Position numbers and translations under genes: made by a program
NCBI GenBank assembly: GCA_012295275.1
Contig: CM022679.1
Span: 10,726,001-10,790,000, forward strand
Length of the DNA: 64,000 nucleotides
From: Chrysomallon squamiferum
Lineage: Eukaryota; Animalia; Mollusca
Reading direction: 5' to 3'
The notes under the pieces: model-generated
Databases searched by the model: none
What the model saw: the letters and a program-made list of their open reading frames with translations, nothing else
What the model was told of the DNA's origin: nothing
Shown: positions 13,301-64,000 of the stretch, piece by piece
Layout: each line of letters begins with the position of its first letter
Position numbering within the stretch: position 1 is the stretch's first letter

Positions 13301-16300
13301 CTGTGGATTGCTTACCTTGGAAATTAGACTCTTTAATCAAATCTAAGAATAAGGATATAAATTTCTCATGACAGTTTATTGACTCAATTAATTAATGATA
13401 TATATATATATATATAAGTCTTAGGCATGAACTGAGTCTCTCTCTTGTTCTGTTGTCTTGATGACAATTTAATTTTATTTTGTTGTTAACAAATTGTAAA
13501 TGAACAAATAAATGTATAAAACGTTGAATTGTTTCAGTTGTTCATACTTATTTAGTTATTTCCCTTTTTGTATCAGATATTAACTGTCAGTGGTTTTATT
13601 TGTGTTGATTATAATCTGTTTTGTTTCAGAGAAGAAGAAGAATTCGGCTCCTCTGGTGAGAGCAGCAAAGCAGAACATATCAAACCCATCACGCATTGTG
13701 TTTGTTCTCACACTGAACGGCAGACAGGTGAGACAGGTTGTACGTCTCATCCGAACTATCTACCACCAACACCACTACTACTACATTCACGTTGATGAGG
13801 TTAGTCACTTACTTAAACCTTATTAGTAAGTTATAGTAATATTATTTTCAAATTATCTGGTTGTACGTCTCATCTGAACTATCTACCATCAACACCACTA
13901 CTACTACATTCACGTTGATGAGGTTAGTCACTTACTTAAACTTTGGTAAGTTAAACCTGATGTTGTTTATAGAAATATTATTTTCAAATTATGGTTGTAT
14001 GTCTCATCTGAACTATCTACCATCAATGACATGACTACTATGTTCATGTTGATGAGGTTAGTCACTAACTTAAACCTTAGTGAGTAAGTTATTATAGTAA
14101 TATTGTATTTTTAAATAAGTTAAAACTAATATTATTTTTAAAAAACCTGGTTGTAAGTTTTATCTGAACTTATTTACTAAGAGATCTACCATTACTGCAA
14201 CATTCAAGCTGACAAAGTTAGTCATTATTTTCATGCTTCATTGAATAAGTAAATAAGTGGAATTCATTTTTTTTTATTAGGTTTTGATCATTTATTTTTA
14301 AAATCAAAATAATTGGTCGTATTTCTAAATCATTTCCATTACAAATAATTACATTCTATTTAAATCAATTTATTTTTCCTTTATATCAGTCCATTATTCT
14401 GTTTTATTTCCAATATTTGTTTTGTTTCAGAGACAAGAGTATATGTTCCGTGAGTTGCTTCCCTTGGAGAAGAGACTTCCGAATGTTCACGTGACAAAGT
14501 TGAGGTTTTCCACTATCTGGGGTGGTGCCAGTCTTCTGCAGGCACATTTGACCTTCATGAAGGAACTGATGGCACTGAGGCACTGGAAGTGGGATTATTA
14601 CATAAACCTCAGTGAAAGTGATTACCCAATCAAGTGTGTGAAAGTTATAGTAAACAAAAATATCAGTCAGTAATATACTGAGAGCATAAGAGAAAAAGAA
14701 TAATAATGTGTAAAAAAATATGTTGAGCTATAATTAAGCAAATAATTGCTTCTGAAGTATATATATATATATTTCAGAACCAATTAAAGTAAATTGGATA
14801 AAATTTATTTAACTGGTGACACTTAAACAACATCAGATAAATTGGACTTGTATTAATTAAGTCTTATCAGTAATTGTTTATATTCGAAATTTCAGCTGAA
14901 AATATGCCTAGCACTTTATTTTCCCCAAAAAATATTAAATATAAAAAAATAAATACATATATGATATAATTATATTTATACATGTTTTAATATTAGATTG
15001 ATTCTGACAAACTTTATACAAAGACTGGGTTGCTTTAAATCTACATTTTACGCTGTATTTAGTTTTATTGTTTTAAAGCAGGTAATAAATATAATTTATT
15101 TAAAATGAATAATAAGTTTAAATTAAACTTTATTCTTTTCTTTTCAGAACTGTTGATGATTTGACAGCATTTCTCACAAAATACAAAGGAATGAATTTTT
15201 TGAAGTCTCATGGAAGGGACACACCTAGGTATATTTGTGTGATTATATCTGATCAGTATTTATTTTATTTCTTCATCATTAATATTGTACATATTGCTTG
15301 CTATTAAATGAAAATTGTATATGTTTATAAAAGAGACAGTAAAAACCCTCGAAAAACAATGCACAGCTTCCAAAATGTCACTTTTTGGTAATAATTTAAA
15401 AATAAAGTCAGGAGATTAAATATTGGATAAATACAGATAAAAAATTGAATGCATAAACATATTATTATTGCAATTACTTATTTCACACTTACAGATAAAA
15501 CAGTTGGTTTAGTTTATTTAAAGATTCATCAACAGAACTTTTTCTTATTCAGAGGAAGATATATATTTCTAAATTCTTTATTAAATATATACAAATATAA
15601 CTATTGTTTATTCAGATTTTCAAGTAATAATAAATATTTACAAATACTAGTTCAGATTATTACAATGGACAAACATTGCTGTGAATTTGGCTTATTCAAT
15701 TTCTTACTTTAATCAGATTTATACAAAAACAAGGTTTGGACCAGACATTTTATGAGTGTGACAATCATTTGTGGAGGGTGGGGCCACGCAGCCTACCCGA
15801 GGGTATTCGGATTGATGGAGGGAGTGACTGGATCTGTTTGTACAGAGACTTTGTAGAATACCTCGTCACATCTCAGGATGATCTGATCACTGGATTGAAG
15901 GAGCTGTACAGATACACCCTTCTACCAGCAGAGGTAAGAATTAATTAATTAATTAATTAATAAAGACTTTCTTGACATGTTTTATTGTTCAAGATTATCA
16001 GCTTTCAAATATGTACATGAAACAGAAAACTGATCAGTAACAAAATGAGTGATGTTATAATTATGTAATTTATTTATTTACATACTAAAAGAAACCATGT
16101 GGTACCAAAATTAGTGATATTCTAATTCTGTTTTATTTATGATTTTAATTAATTTTATTTATTTATTTCTTCTTTGTTATTTAATTAATCTTCTTACTTA
16201 CTCACTTTTTATTATTATACTTTTTTTTAAATATAAATATGCATGCATCTGTATTTTGATATGATCCTTACACATAATCAAAAACATGTTATGTATTATA

Positions 16301-18299
16301 AAAGCATGTCATTACTTGCCAATGTCAAGGGATTTTTATATATCAGTGTACAAGCTTTTCTGTGCTCTCTTTCCAGTCATTCTTCCACACAGTTCTTCAG
16401 AACAGTGTTTTCTGTGACAAGGTTGTTGATAACAATCTGCACTTGACTAACTGGCGTCGCAAGCAGGGCTGCAAGTGTCAGTACAAACACATTGTCGACT
16501 GGTGCGGCTGTTCACCAAACGACTTCAAGACCAGTGATCTTGACAGACTGATGGTAAGACTCTTTGTTATATGTGGCCTACTTTGTCAGTTGTTTGTTTT
16601 TTGGTTGTTGTTGTTTTTGTGTGCAAATATTCATATTTAAATTTTATACCTATCAGAAGAAAAACTAATATTCATATTTAAATATTATACATTTCAATCA
16701 TTTGTTCTAATTTTGCAATAAGGAAGAAAAAGCAACATTCATATTTAAATAACTGTACTTTTCAGTGTTTGTTCTGATTTCAGAATTAAGAAGAAAAACC
16801 AATATTCATATTTATATAAATATTATACTTTTCAAATTTAAATATTATATGTTTCAGTTGTTTGTTCCGATTTCAGAATTATGAAGAAAAACCAACATTC
16901 TTTGCTAGAAAATTTGAGCCAGTAGTGAACCAAGAAATAATAAACAGTCTTGATGTCTACCTGTTTGGAAGATTTCAACATGGTTTGTTTTCATTCTCTT
17001 TTCATGATACACATATACACAGTAACACACATATCATATCTTAAAAACTATTTTAAAATAGAACATCACTGTATCATAGACAACTCAAAAAAAAAAAGTC
17101 ATTTATATTTATATAAATGTTTTGCAGAAAATATTGATAAACAAACTTATGTAATGACATATTTTCATTTATTCAATGGAATTAAAATAACAATTAAAAT
17201 TAAAATAAAAATAAAACAGAGATCAATAAATAAATAAATTCTTAAGCTTTGACTTGATTTTAAGTCAGTAAAAAATTATATAAAATTATAGTTATGTATT
17301 AAATATAGATGAAAAAGTAACATTAAAATACTTTTAATTTCTTAATTGTAATTAGTCTTATATGAGAAAAGTCTATAAAAAAACAGTATTTAATTATAAC
17401 CAACTTACATAAATCATCCACAGATAAAAAAAAAAACAAGAACCCACCACCACCAAAACCCTGTTTAATTTAAACCTGTTATTCATTTAAAATAAATTAT
17501 ATTCTTTAAAAGAATTACAAAAATGGTATTTAATTACACTTAAGTTTGTATTAAATGTACTTTCAGACATGGTAGCATTAACAGGATACTGGCAGAATGA
17601 ATTTCACCATCTCGACAAAAAATGGTTTCCTAAAGACGCATATCTCACAGTGTATCATTCGTTCACAAGACTCGGACTCGACACTCTTTATCAGCAGTCC
17701 AAGTCGTGTTCTTTTCGCATCATCAAACTTCTTGAAGCAAACATTTTCTACGAATCTGATCATTTTCACGGTTTGCTGGTTCTGTACCAGGCCGAGCATG
17801 TGTCGACAGGGAAATTAATCACCATGGAAACACACCTGCATCCACGATATCACTATACAGTCCTCAAACAGAAAAGTGTTGTAAATAGAGTCCAGTCATT
17901 ACAGGTATTTGTTTGTTGAAATAAATAAATTAATTAAAAACATCAAATAAAGTAGTTATATTAAAGTTAGGTAAACAAAAATTAACACAGTGTATAATTT
18001 TTACTCTCAAAATTTTGTCAGGTCTTTTTATATTTTATTCTTAGTATTTCAGCTGAAAATATGCTAAGTGTTTTATTATTAAAAAAATATAATTACATAT
18101 TTAATATTTATATTTTTAGATTTATAAGGTCTTTTTGGTCTTATATTTATGTAACTCTATCTACAGTACTTGATCATCTTTCATTTTCTTTTTCTTTTTC
18201 ATACCAACTTCATGAAATTAGTCTATTTTGTTCTTTTCATTGAGAAAGATAATTTCATTCATCTAGAATCATTTTTATTGTTTATTTATTTATAAAATT

Positions 18300-18334
<35 letters not shown>

Positions 18335-18530
18335 TATTTACCAAGACAAAGATGACATCATTTGACTATAACACAATATTTGGTTTCCTACTCAGAGTAA
18401 CAAATGATAATTAATAAACATCTGATTAAGTAATGGTGAATATTTGTTTACTAATACAGAGTAAACAGATTTTAATGTGACTGTTTTGTTAGAAAAAAAT
18501 AGTTATTTATGATTGGTCACAACAACAACA

Positions 18531-18582
<52 letters not shown>

Positions 18583-19501
18583 TTAATAAATAAAAATAAA
18601 TATGAAATTAGATTCTTAATTTATTATATTGTACTTATTTTTATTTATTTTATTTTCATTTAATTTATAATAATAATAAAAATATAAATAAGTAAATAAA
18701 TAAATAAAGAAAGAATAATTACAAAAAAAAAAAGATTATTAATTCATTATATCTTAAAACTTTTCATATTTTTATTTATATTATTACCACTATTATTATT
18801 ATTATTACTATTACTATTATTATTACTATTTTCAGGTCGGCACAGACTTTGATCCTAAAGAACTTATCTTTCGTAACTATGCAAAATTAATCGGACCCTA
18901 CGACGAACTCATCCTGCGTCACGTGTGGGGACCTGGCGGTGAATTTGTCGTTGCTATGGCCTGGGTTGACCCCATCAACATAATAGCAGCATCCTACGAT
19001 GTGAAAATTCCTGGTGGAAGCATTCACGTCGGTCAGCACAAACCAAGCTTTAATCGTCCACTTCGTCCAGGTATATGGACGGTGAAACTGATGTATAACT
19101 TTGAGGTTGTGGCTGAAACTAACTTCCTCATTACACCTTTGTCTTTCTTTCACTCGAGGCCCATTTCGACCTCAGAAATATATCGGGCGCACGCAGGTCC
19201 TTTTGGAATGTACGCAGCCAAAGATTTCTCCGAGTTCAGGGAAGTCCTGCAAGTGAGAAGGGACCCAGAACTGGAAAAACAAGCGAGCTTAAATGCCAGG
19301 AAAGTGGGGAAAGATTTGGAGAAGTGGATCGACAGCATAGTGCCTTATTTTTGGCAGGTTCAAAGGTCGTGTTCTTTGGAAGATATGAATAATACGTGTT
19401 CCGAACTTGAACAGTGTCGTAAAACATCGTGGAGTTCGCGGTCACCTGACCCAAAATCTGAACTGTCTGCGATTGGTTCAAAATCTGCCTGGGCCAGATA
19501 A
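5983..19501 (+). CDS. oxt: Peptide O-xylosyltransferase (GT14, invertebrate oxt type with WSC domain), 5'-partial spliced gene: join(5983-6301,12259-12384,12944-13111,13630-13799,14431-14633,15148-15228,15717-15933,16377-16553,16877-16982,17567-17904,18836-19501)
   Basis: Exons read by hand join with GT-AG boundaries and matching phases (1,1,1,0,2,2,0,0,1,0) to 2571 nt = 856 aa plus TAA. XYLT motifs: [125 protein letters not shown]. Confidence 0.96.
9488..9996. mobile_element. Non-autonomous DNA element with inverted subterminal repeats
   Basis: Left cluster of four GAAAAA(A)TGGCAC-like motifs (9493-9566) and right cluster of inverted (G/A)TGCCATTTTTT motifs (9949-9980); GGTA...TACC ends. 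Confidence 0.6.
12259..12384 (+). CDS. oxt: XYLT exon, first half of WSC domain ([16 protein letters not shown]...[14 protein letters not shown])
   Basis: Acceptor aacAG, donor GTAAGT at 12385; WSC signature YxGCF.D and C...C. Confidence 0.93.
12944..13111 (+). CDS. oxt: XYLT exon, second half of WSC domain ([15 protein letters not shown]...CDTKCP...[13 protein letters not shown])
   Basis: Acceptor tgcAG, donor GTAATA at 13112; WSC motifs YAGLQYG.ECWCG and CGG. Confidence 0.94.
13630..13799 (+). CDS. oxt: XYLT exon, start of GT14/Branch domain ([36 protein letters not shown])
   Basis: Acceptor tttcAG, donor GTTAGT at 13800; GT14 motif YYIHVD. Confidence 0.94.
13736..14226 (+). repeat. Four tandem copies (starts 13736, 13859, 13993, 14149) of an XYLT exon 3' end plus donor site
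   Basis: Unit GGTTGTACGTCTCATC(C/T)GAACTATCTACCA...GTTGATGAGGTTAGTCACT; the first copy is the real exon end. Confidence 0.93.
14431..14633 (+). CDS. oxt: XYLT exon (RQEYMFRE...TIWGGASLL...[15 protein letters not shown])
   Basis: Acceptor tttcAG; donor GTGTGT at 14634 (phase 2) matches the next exon. Confidence 0.94.
15148..15228 (+). CDS. oxt: XYLT short exon ([27 protein letters not shown]), absent from the ORF track
   Basis: Acceptor ttttcAG, donor GTATAT; homologous to vertebrate [24 protein letters not shown]. Confidence 0.93.
15717..15933 (+). CDS. oxt: XYLT exon ([20 protein letters not shown]...DGGSDW...YTLLPAE)
   Basis: Acceptor aatcAG, donor GTAAGA; conserved catalytic-domain motifs. 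Confidence 0.95.
16377..16553 (+). CDS. oxt: XYLT exon ([10 protein letters not shown]...[21 protein letters not shown])
   Basis: Acceptor ttccAG, donor GTAAGA; the DWCGCSP signature. Confidence 0.96.
16627..16900 (+). repeat. Tandem copies of an XYLT acceptor plus exon 5' end
   Basis: GTTTGTTC(C/T)GATTTCAGAATTA(T/A)GAAGAAAAACCAA(C/T)ATTC at 16767 and 16860; more degenerate copies near 16700 and 16651. Confidence 0.88.
16877..16982 (+). CDS. oxt: XYLT exon ([31 protein letters not shown])
   Basis: Acceptor tttcAG, donor GTTTGT; FARKF motif. Confidence 0.94.
17567..17904 (+). CDS. oxt: XYLT exon, Xylo_C domain start ([15 protein letters not shown]...RVQSLQ)
   Basis: Acceptor tttcAG, donor GTATTT; YW.N motif and phase fit. 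Confidence 0.92.
18836..19501 (+). CDS. oxt: XYLT terminal coding exon, Xylo_C domain ([15 protein letters not shown]...[18 protein letters not shown])
   Basis: Acceptor ttcAG at 18834-18835; open to TAA at 19499-19501; VGT.D.KE..FRN, PLRPG.W and SPDPKSE motifs. Confidence 0.95.
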   Translation, partial: VGTDFDPKELIFRNYAKLIGPYDELILRHVWGPGGEFVVAMAWVDPINIIAASYDVKIPGGSIHVGQHKPSFNRPLRPGIWTVKLMYNFEVVAETNFLITPLSFFHSRPISTSEIYRAHAGPFGMYAAKDFSEFREVLQVRRDPELEKQASLNARKVGKDLEKWIDSIVPYFWQVQRSCSLEDMNNTCSELEQCRKTSWSSRSPDPKSELSAIGSKSAWAR

Positions 19502-20033
19502 CACAGGCAGTAAAATAGGTTTACACGGACAATAACTATGTCTGCAATTAATCGTGTAATGGTGCTATTTTTAATTTGCTAATACATATTTTAATTTTTT
19601 CACCCTAATGGTTACAGCATTTATTGGCTTCACAATCAATAATTTTTAATTTTTTTTATCTTCTTTATTCAGTCCAGAATTTTAATACTTCTGTTTTCTT
19701 TTTTAAGGCTTCACATATTTTTAAAAACTTTTTTATATGTATATTTCTGTTCATTATCAATTAGATAATATAATCAAGTTATATTTAAATATCAAAGTGA
19801 TTTTTGAAATGTATTGTTAAATGTTCCATTATTTGAAGATGAGTGTGTGTGTGTTTATGCATGAATGTATGCTTCATGTAATGTTTTGTTATGATAAAAA
19901 TCCAATCAAACGGTCATATATTTTTTATTTTATATAATGTAAAGATATAGAAGAGAAATGCCATTTTGTAGAAAATAGAATAACAAATTTATGAAATATT
20001 TAGGTTTTGTTATGAAAAGAATCCCATCAAACA

Positions 20034-20066
<33 letters not shown>

Positions 20067-20464
20067 TATATAATATAAAGATATATGTTGTAAGAGAAAT
20101 GTCATTTTCTAGAAAATAGAATAACAAACTAATTTCTCTGTTTTATTAATCCATTTGTGTATTGAAGATTTCCAGAGATTATCATGTGACAAAACGGATA
20201 CAGGGGCTGAAATATCAGGGATTGAGAAATCAGTTATATTTAATTTTAATAAATTTACATAAACCCATCATTTATCAAAGATTTTAACATATCAAAGGAC
20301 TTTTGGTTTTCCTGTTTTAATTTTTATTATTATTATTATTATTTTTTTTTTTTTTAATGAGATTTTTGCTTTAATATCACTGATTTCATATCATATTTTT
20401 TTTATTTTAATAATAATTTACATTTTTCATTAAGAAAATTAATTATCTGTTATTTTGCATATTA

Positions 20465-21191
20465 TAGTGGTGCCTCGACTTACGAGCAGTCTCTTGGTCG
20501 ATTTTTGCTCTAAGTTGCGAGCAAAAATCCGAGTTACGAGCGAACTTAAGATAAGTTGCCGCTAGTTGGCGCAACGAACAACATACCATCCGCCGAGCAT
20601 CCCGCGTCTCACTCGTTTAATTCACGTGGTTACCTCGCCGCGGAAGTATCTCTGTTGTGTTGTGCTCGCGTTTTGTCCAGTATTTTGCCAAATTACTTTT
20701 TGCAAAGAAGAAGAAGCGGATGATGTCCATTGAATTAAAGCTTGAATTCACAGAAAAACATGAGCGTGTAGTCTACTTGGCTAGGCAGTACTTCTACGAT
20801 ATGTACCATACTGAAGCAGAAAGAGTCGAGTAAGGCTGTAACTCCAGCCAAAGGCATTGAAATAATTTGTCTGATGTCCGAGATAAATACTCTTTACAAA
20901 ACCAATTTATTTATTTACATTCTTTTTTATTTTATTTTTATGCAATATTTGTCATTTACAAATACATTTTTCTTATTTAAAAACACGTTACAAAAAAAAA
21001 AAAATATATATATAAATAAATAAATAAATATTAAAAAAAAATTAATAATAATAATAATAAAGTAAAAAATGGATTAGAACTGGAACGGATTAATGGTATT
21101 TCAATTCATTTCAGCTGGAAAAATTGATTTGATATACGCGCAAATTGAGATACGAGCTCGATCACGGAACGAATAAGTCGAGGAACCACTG
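20465..21191 (+). mobile_element. Internally deleted Tigger/pogo-family (Tc1/mariner superfamily) DNA transposon
   Basis: TIRs TAGTGGTGCCTCGACTTA and TAAGTCGAGGAACCACTG, flanked by TA at 20463-20464 and 21192-21193. 20705-20869 encodes a frameshifted CENP-B/psq HTH fragment (KKKRMMSIELKLEFTEKHER..LARQY/STICTILKQKES.KAVTPAKG). Confidence 0.88.
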
Positions 21192-21618
21192 TATTTTGTG
21201 ATGAATATTTTTGTAAGATAATTGACTAGTACTATATTAACTTATTATAATTACAGTTGAAATTTAAAATAATTTTGTATGTTCTTTCGACGAAAGATAA
21301 ATACATTTTTATTATTGTACATAAAATCATTTATTTAATATCTATCCCAACTGTATTTATTTAATCAAATATAATGGAATATTTCAACAAATTATGCTAA
21401 AATAGTTTATAATAAATTTATAATGTTATCCAACTCAGTTATTTTTTTTTGTTTTATTCAACTGAAGTTTCATGGGAATATTTCCCGTGAGTGCTGTTAT
21501 CCAATGTCATGCGCATTGATATCCTGAGTGCGGGTATCTTAATGTCGTTTAAGATGTCCAAAAAAAAAAAAAAAAAAAAAAAAAAAAGAAAGAAAGAACA
21601 GAAACAACAAACAAACAA

Positions 21619-21666
<48 letters not shown>

Positions 21667-21804
21667 TATAAAACTTTAAATGGCGCGAAAAGGCAATCAC
21701 GTGGTCGAAGATAAATGTAAACAAAATGTAGATATACGTGCGCCATTTTCAAATACTTTTTAGCCGTATTGCTCAAATTTTAGACCATAAATTTCAAAAA
21801 ATGA

Positions 21805-21857
<53 letters not shown>

Positions 21858-22447
21858 ACCAGTAATCAAAACCGCACTAATCAAGGAACTGATCATTAAT
21901 TTTGATAATATATTTTTTATCCTAAGAAGAAAGACAACTCGTTGCAGACAGATGAATTTTATTTGCCGTGAGTGGCCAATCGATATAAATTAGGTTAATA
22001 CAGATTTATGAAACAGTAAATCATTACACATAACCATGAGATGACATATTTCATGAATACCGTGCATACAAATAGACAGATGATGTAAATGAGAGTTTTA
22101 AAATAACGCATGTGATATGTTTGCGATGACACTATTGAATGTTAAATAATTATACGAAGGTGTTCGTTTGATAGAAAAGGCACATTTACTTTCTTGATTT
22201 ATTTTTTCAGATAACAGCATATGTTTCCTTTCTGTCTAAAAATATGGGTAGGTTCAGTTGTTATTAAACCTGAAGAAACATGCACACACGCATACAAGTA
22301 TCGCGTTCTTATAATTATATTCCAAAGGAAGACGGCAATAATAAAATAAATAAAAAAAAAAATCAGAGACAGAGAGAGAGAAATAGAATTTCTAGAATGG
22401 AAATATCGTGAGAATGAAATATGTTAGGGAGTGAGAGAGATTTTATT

Positions 22448-22478
<31 letters not shown>

Positions 22479-22818
22479 TTTTATTTTATTTTATATATAT
22501 ATATATTTTTTTTTTTCTTTTACTTGAGAACGCAATCGATTTATGCAGTACAGATATAAGGTACATGTTTAAATACTAGTATGTACACACACATTTCAAT
22601 ATGCTCAACACGTTTGTATATTCTTTCATACCATTGTTCTTTCACACGTCAAATCACACACTCATAACTCTAAATATCTTTAAAAAAAACAACAACAAAC
22701 AAATGTAATACAATTGTATATCATATGTTTTATTACAAAAATGACTGGGTGAAAACGTAGAAATTAAAAACATGTCGAAAGACAACAAATCACTGTACAA
22801 TCAGGTTTCTTCTTCATA

Positions 22819-61517
<38,699 letters not shown>

Positions 61518-61830
61518 TATCTCTTAAACAACGCACATGTTCTCCGTGCAAACGTCCCCTGTCAGGTTTCAATACAGAGATAATTCTTTCAGCATTCCAT
61601 CGCGCGCTATCGCCGTTTACCAAGCCAGAGCCTCTTGGCTTCCTGGTTCGCCGAGTTTCAAACTGAAAATAATGGCGTTAAATGGTAGCCGCTGGAGGGA
61701 GGTGGGTTGGGTTGGGTTGGGTTGGGTGGTGGTAGTGGTGGTGGTTTGCACATTCGAGATCGCGTTACAAGAACCCGCGAACAAACAGCACTCGAAACCC
61801 GTCGTTTAGATAGCGAGGTTCAGTTTTGTG
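61518..61830 (-). promoter_or_regulatory. Probable 5' UTR/promoter-proximal region of the CaM-like gene
   Basis: Locally GC- and CpG-rich non-repetitive island directly upstream of the predicted ATG; no transcription start can be assigned. Confidence 0.35.
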
Positions 61831-62386
61831 CATTTTAGAAGAGTTTCTCATTCGCTTTCTTTTTCTACTTTTTCACCTTTTGCTCTTCTTTTTTTTAATT
61901 TTTATATTTATTTATTTATTTATTTATTAATTTTTTAACCCAAATCTCCTTTGATTTCATTATTTTTTTTCTTGATCATAATCATCATGCTCATCATCAT
62001 AATAATCATCACCACAGCAGCGTCGTCATCATTATCATTATCACCACCATCATCACCACCACATCGTCATCATTATCATTATGATCATCACCGTCATTAT
62101 CATTTTTATCATATTCTTCTTCTTCTTCTTCATTTTTGCTCTTTTCTTCCATCTTCTTCAACTCTTCCGTCCCGTTTCATCTTTTTCTTATCATCTTTTT
62201 TTATCATCTATTTTTATCATCAGTGTTAATACACATGCCCAAGGCGCGATTATTCACAGGCTCAAACCTCGTCGATGCCCAAAGGATATCTACCATTGAT
62301 ATCTTGTTAATGAGCATAGGCTGACACATACAAACAACTTAACCTCGAACTATTATTTTAGTTTTACCAGGTTTGCTTAACATTTA

Positions 62387-62452
<66 letters not shown>

Positions 62453-62748
62453 TAATACGCATATATATACACATATATACATTCATACCTTTTAGGTATA
62501 TATATATATACATATTTAAATATATACAAGCGTACCCACGTTCGTATTTACTTGCATGCATATATCTAATATTTAAGAAGTAACATGAATATATATATAT
62601 ATATGTATATACATAATTTTCAATTCGATATAGAAACTAATATAATAGAAAGTTAAAGTTATTTTCAAAATTAATACGTAAATGTTTTAGAAATGCTTTT
62701 AAGTGTACTTACAGTAGATACTGACATGAGTACTTGATTTAATACTTT

Positions 62749-62780
<32 letters not shown>

Positions 62781-63126
62781 ATATCCTTCACAAATTACTG
62801 AATTCAAGAGCTTTTGGCGCTCTACATAAGGAGGTCCAGAATTTATGTGTTTTATAATGAACATCAAAGATATACATGAGTGCTATTTCAGCAGACTGCT
62901 ACCTGATATCTGGGTCCCATAAAAAATGTATTTGTATAAAATAAAGTGAATGTTTAGAAGCCATATATTTAAACTGTTATATGAAGTAAACGTTCTCTTT
63001 ATAAGAAAAAAAGAAGATAAATAAAAGCAAAAAAAATAAAAATCTAATAGCAGCAGTGAACTGCAGATCAGTATGTCATAGCTGTTGTTGTTATTTTATA
63101 GCTGTTGTTGTTTACTATAATATTTA

Positions 63127-63395
63127 CTATTATTATTATTATTATATTTATTATTATTGGTAGTAGTGGTAGCAGTAGTGGTAACGGTAGTAGTAGTTGT
63201 ACCTGTAGAAGTAGTAGTAGTAATAGTAGGAGTAGTGGTAGTTGTAGTAATAATAGCAGTAGTAGTAGCAGTAATAGTTATAGTAGTAGTAGTAATAGTA
63301 GTAGTAGTAGTAGTAGTAATATTAGAAGCAGTAGTGGTAGTAATTATAATAATAATAGTAGTCGCAATAATTGTAATAGCAGTAGCAGCAGTATT
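63127..63395. repeat. Compound (TAT)n/(AGT)n low-complexity tract
   Basis: Direct reading; explains the poly-Thr, poly-Ser and poly-Val ORFs. Confidence 0.9.
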
Positions 63396-63711
63396 AGTCA
63401 AACTAATATATTAGTGTTTTTTTTAGCTGTATCTATGTACATGAAATATCTACATCTATGTACATGAAATATCTATATCTCTGGTATATAAAGTAAAGTA
63501 TAAAGATGAAATTACTGCGACTTATTGATTTTTGAAGTTATTACACCCCAAGCAAACACTGAGAACTTTCATGATTTATCTAAAACTGTCCCCACAGACG
63601 CAAACATTTAATAATCTCTTGCTTATCATACAAAGGCTGAAGAATTTCTTTCTTTTTATTTATTTATTTTTATTTTTATATTTATTTCTTTTTTTACCTA
63701 ATGACAGATTA

Positions 63712-63755
<44 letters not shown>

Positions 63756-64000
63756 ACAGTCTCAAGCATGTATGTAAAGTAATCCAGTGAACTGTCACGT
63801 TCTGTAGTGAAAAATGACAGAAACACTTTCTACAGTTTTTGAATAAATCATCTAGTGGAGTGCTATGATCTACTTACTGGTAGAGAAAACGATCTTAACA
63901 GATTCTAGTATTTATATAGATAATCTACTGAAAAGTTTTGTTGCGCAGACTGTATTAGGTGAAAGCAGCAACAACAAAAAAATATATAGTAACAGTTTCT

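Overview
AT-rich, microsatellite-dense animal genomic DNA, not prokaryotic. It is probably a gastropod mollusc, an inference from SINE-like repeats that resemble a family I recall from peltospirid vent snails. It holds two convergent spliced genes. (1) On +, an invertebrate-type peptide O-xylosyltransferase (oxt/XYLT) with a WSC domain: 11 coding exons from 5983 to 19501, 2571 nt, all GT-AG and phase-consistent; the N-terminal signal-anchor exon(s) were not found and probably lie upstream of the window. (2) On -, a divergent calmodulin-like gene spanning 61517 to 22819: five exons, 177 aa, an N-terminal extension and a ~32.9 kb second intron. It also has a candidate alternative last exon (25694-25624) that would change EF-hand 4 and add a basic, Trp-containing tail resembling a calmodulin-target peptide. 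A deleted Tigger/pogo DNA transposon sits between the genes. Three XYLT exon-intron junctions are tandemly duplicated into the flanking introns, and the copies are disabled by a stop codon or a lost splice dinucleotide. CpG content switches sharply from depleted (XYLT) to retained (CaM-like gene). Most ORFs in the supplied track are microsatellite artefacts.
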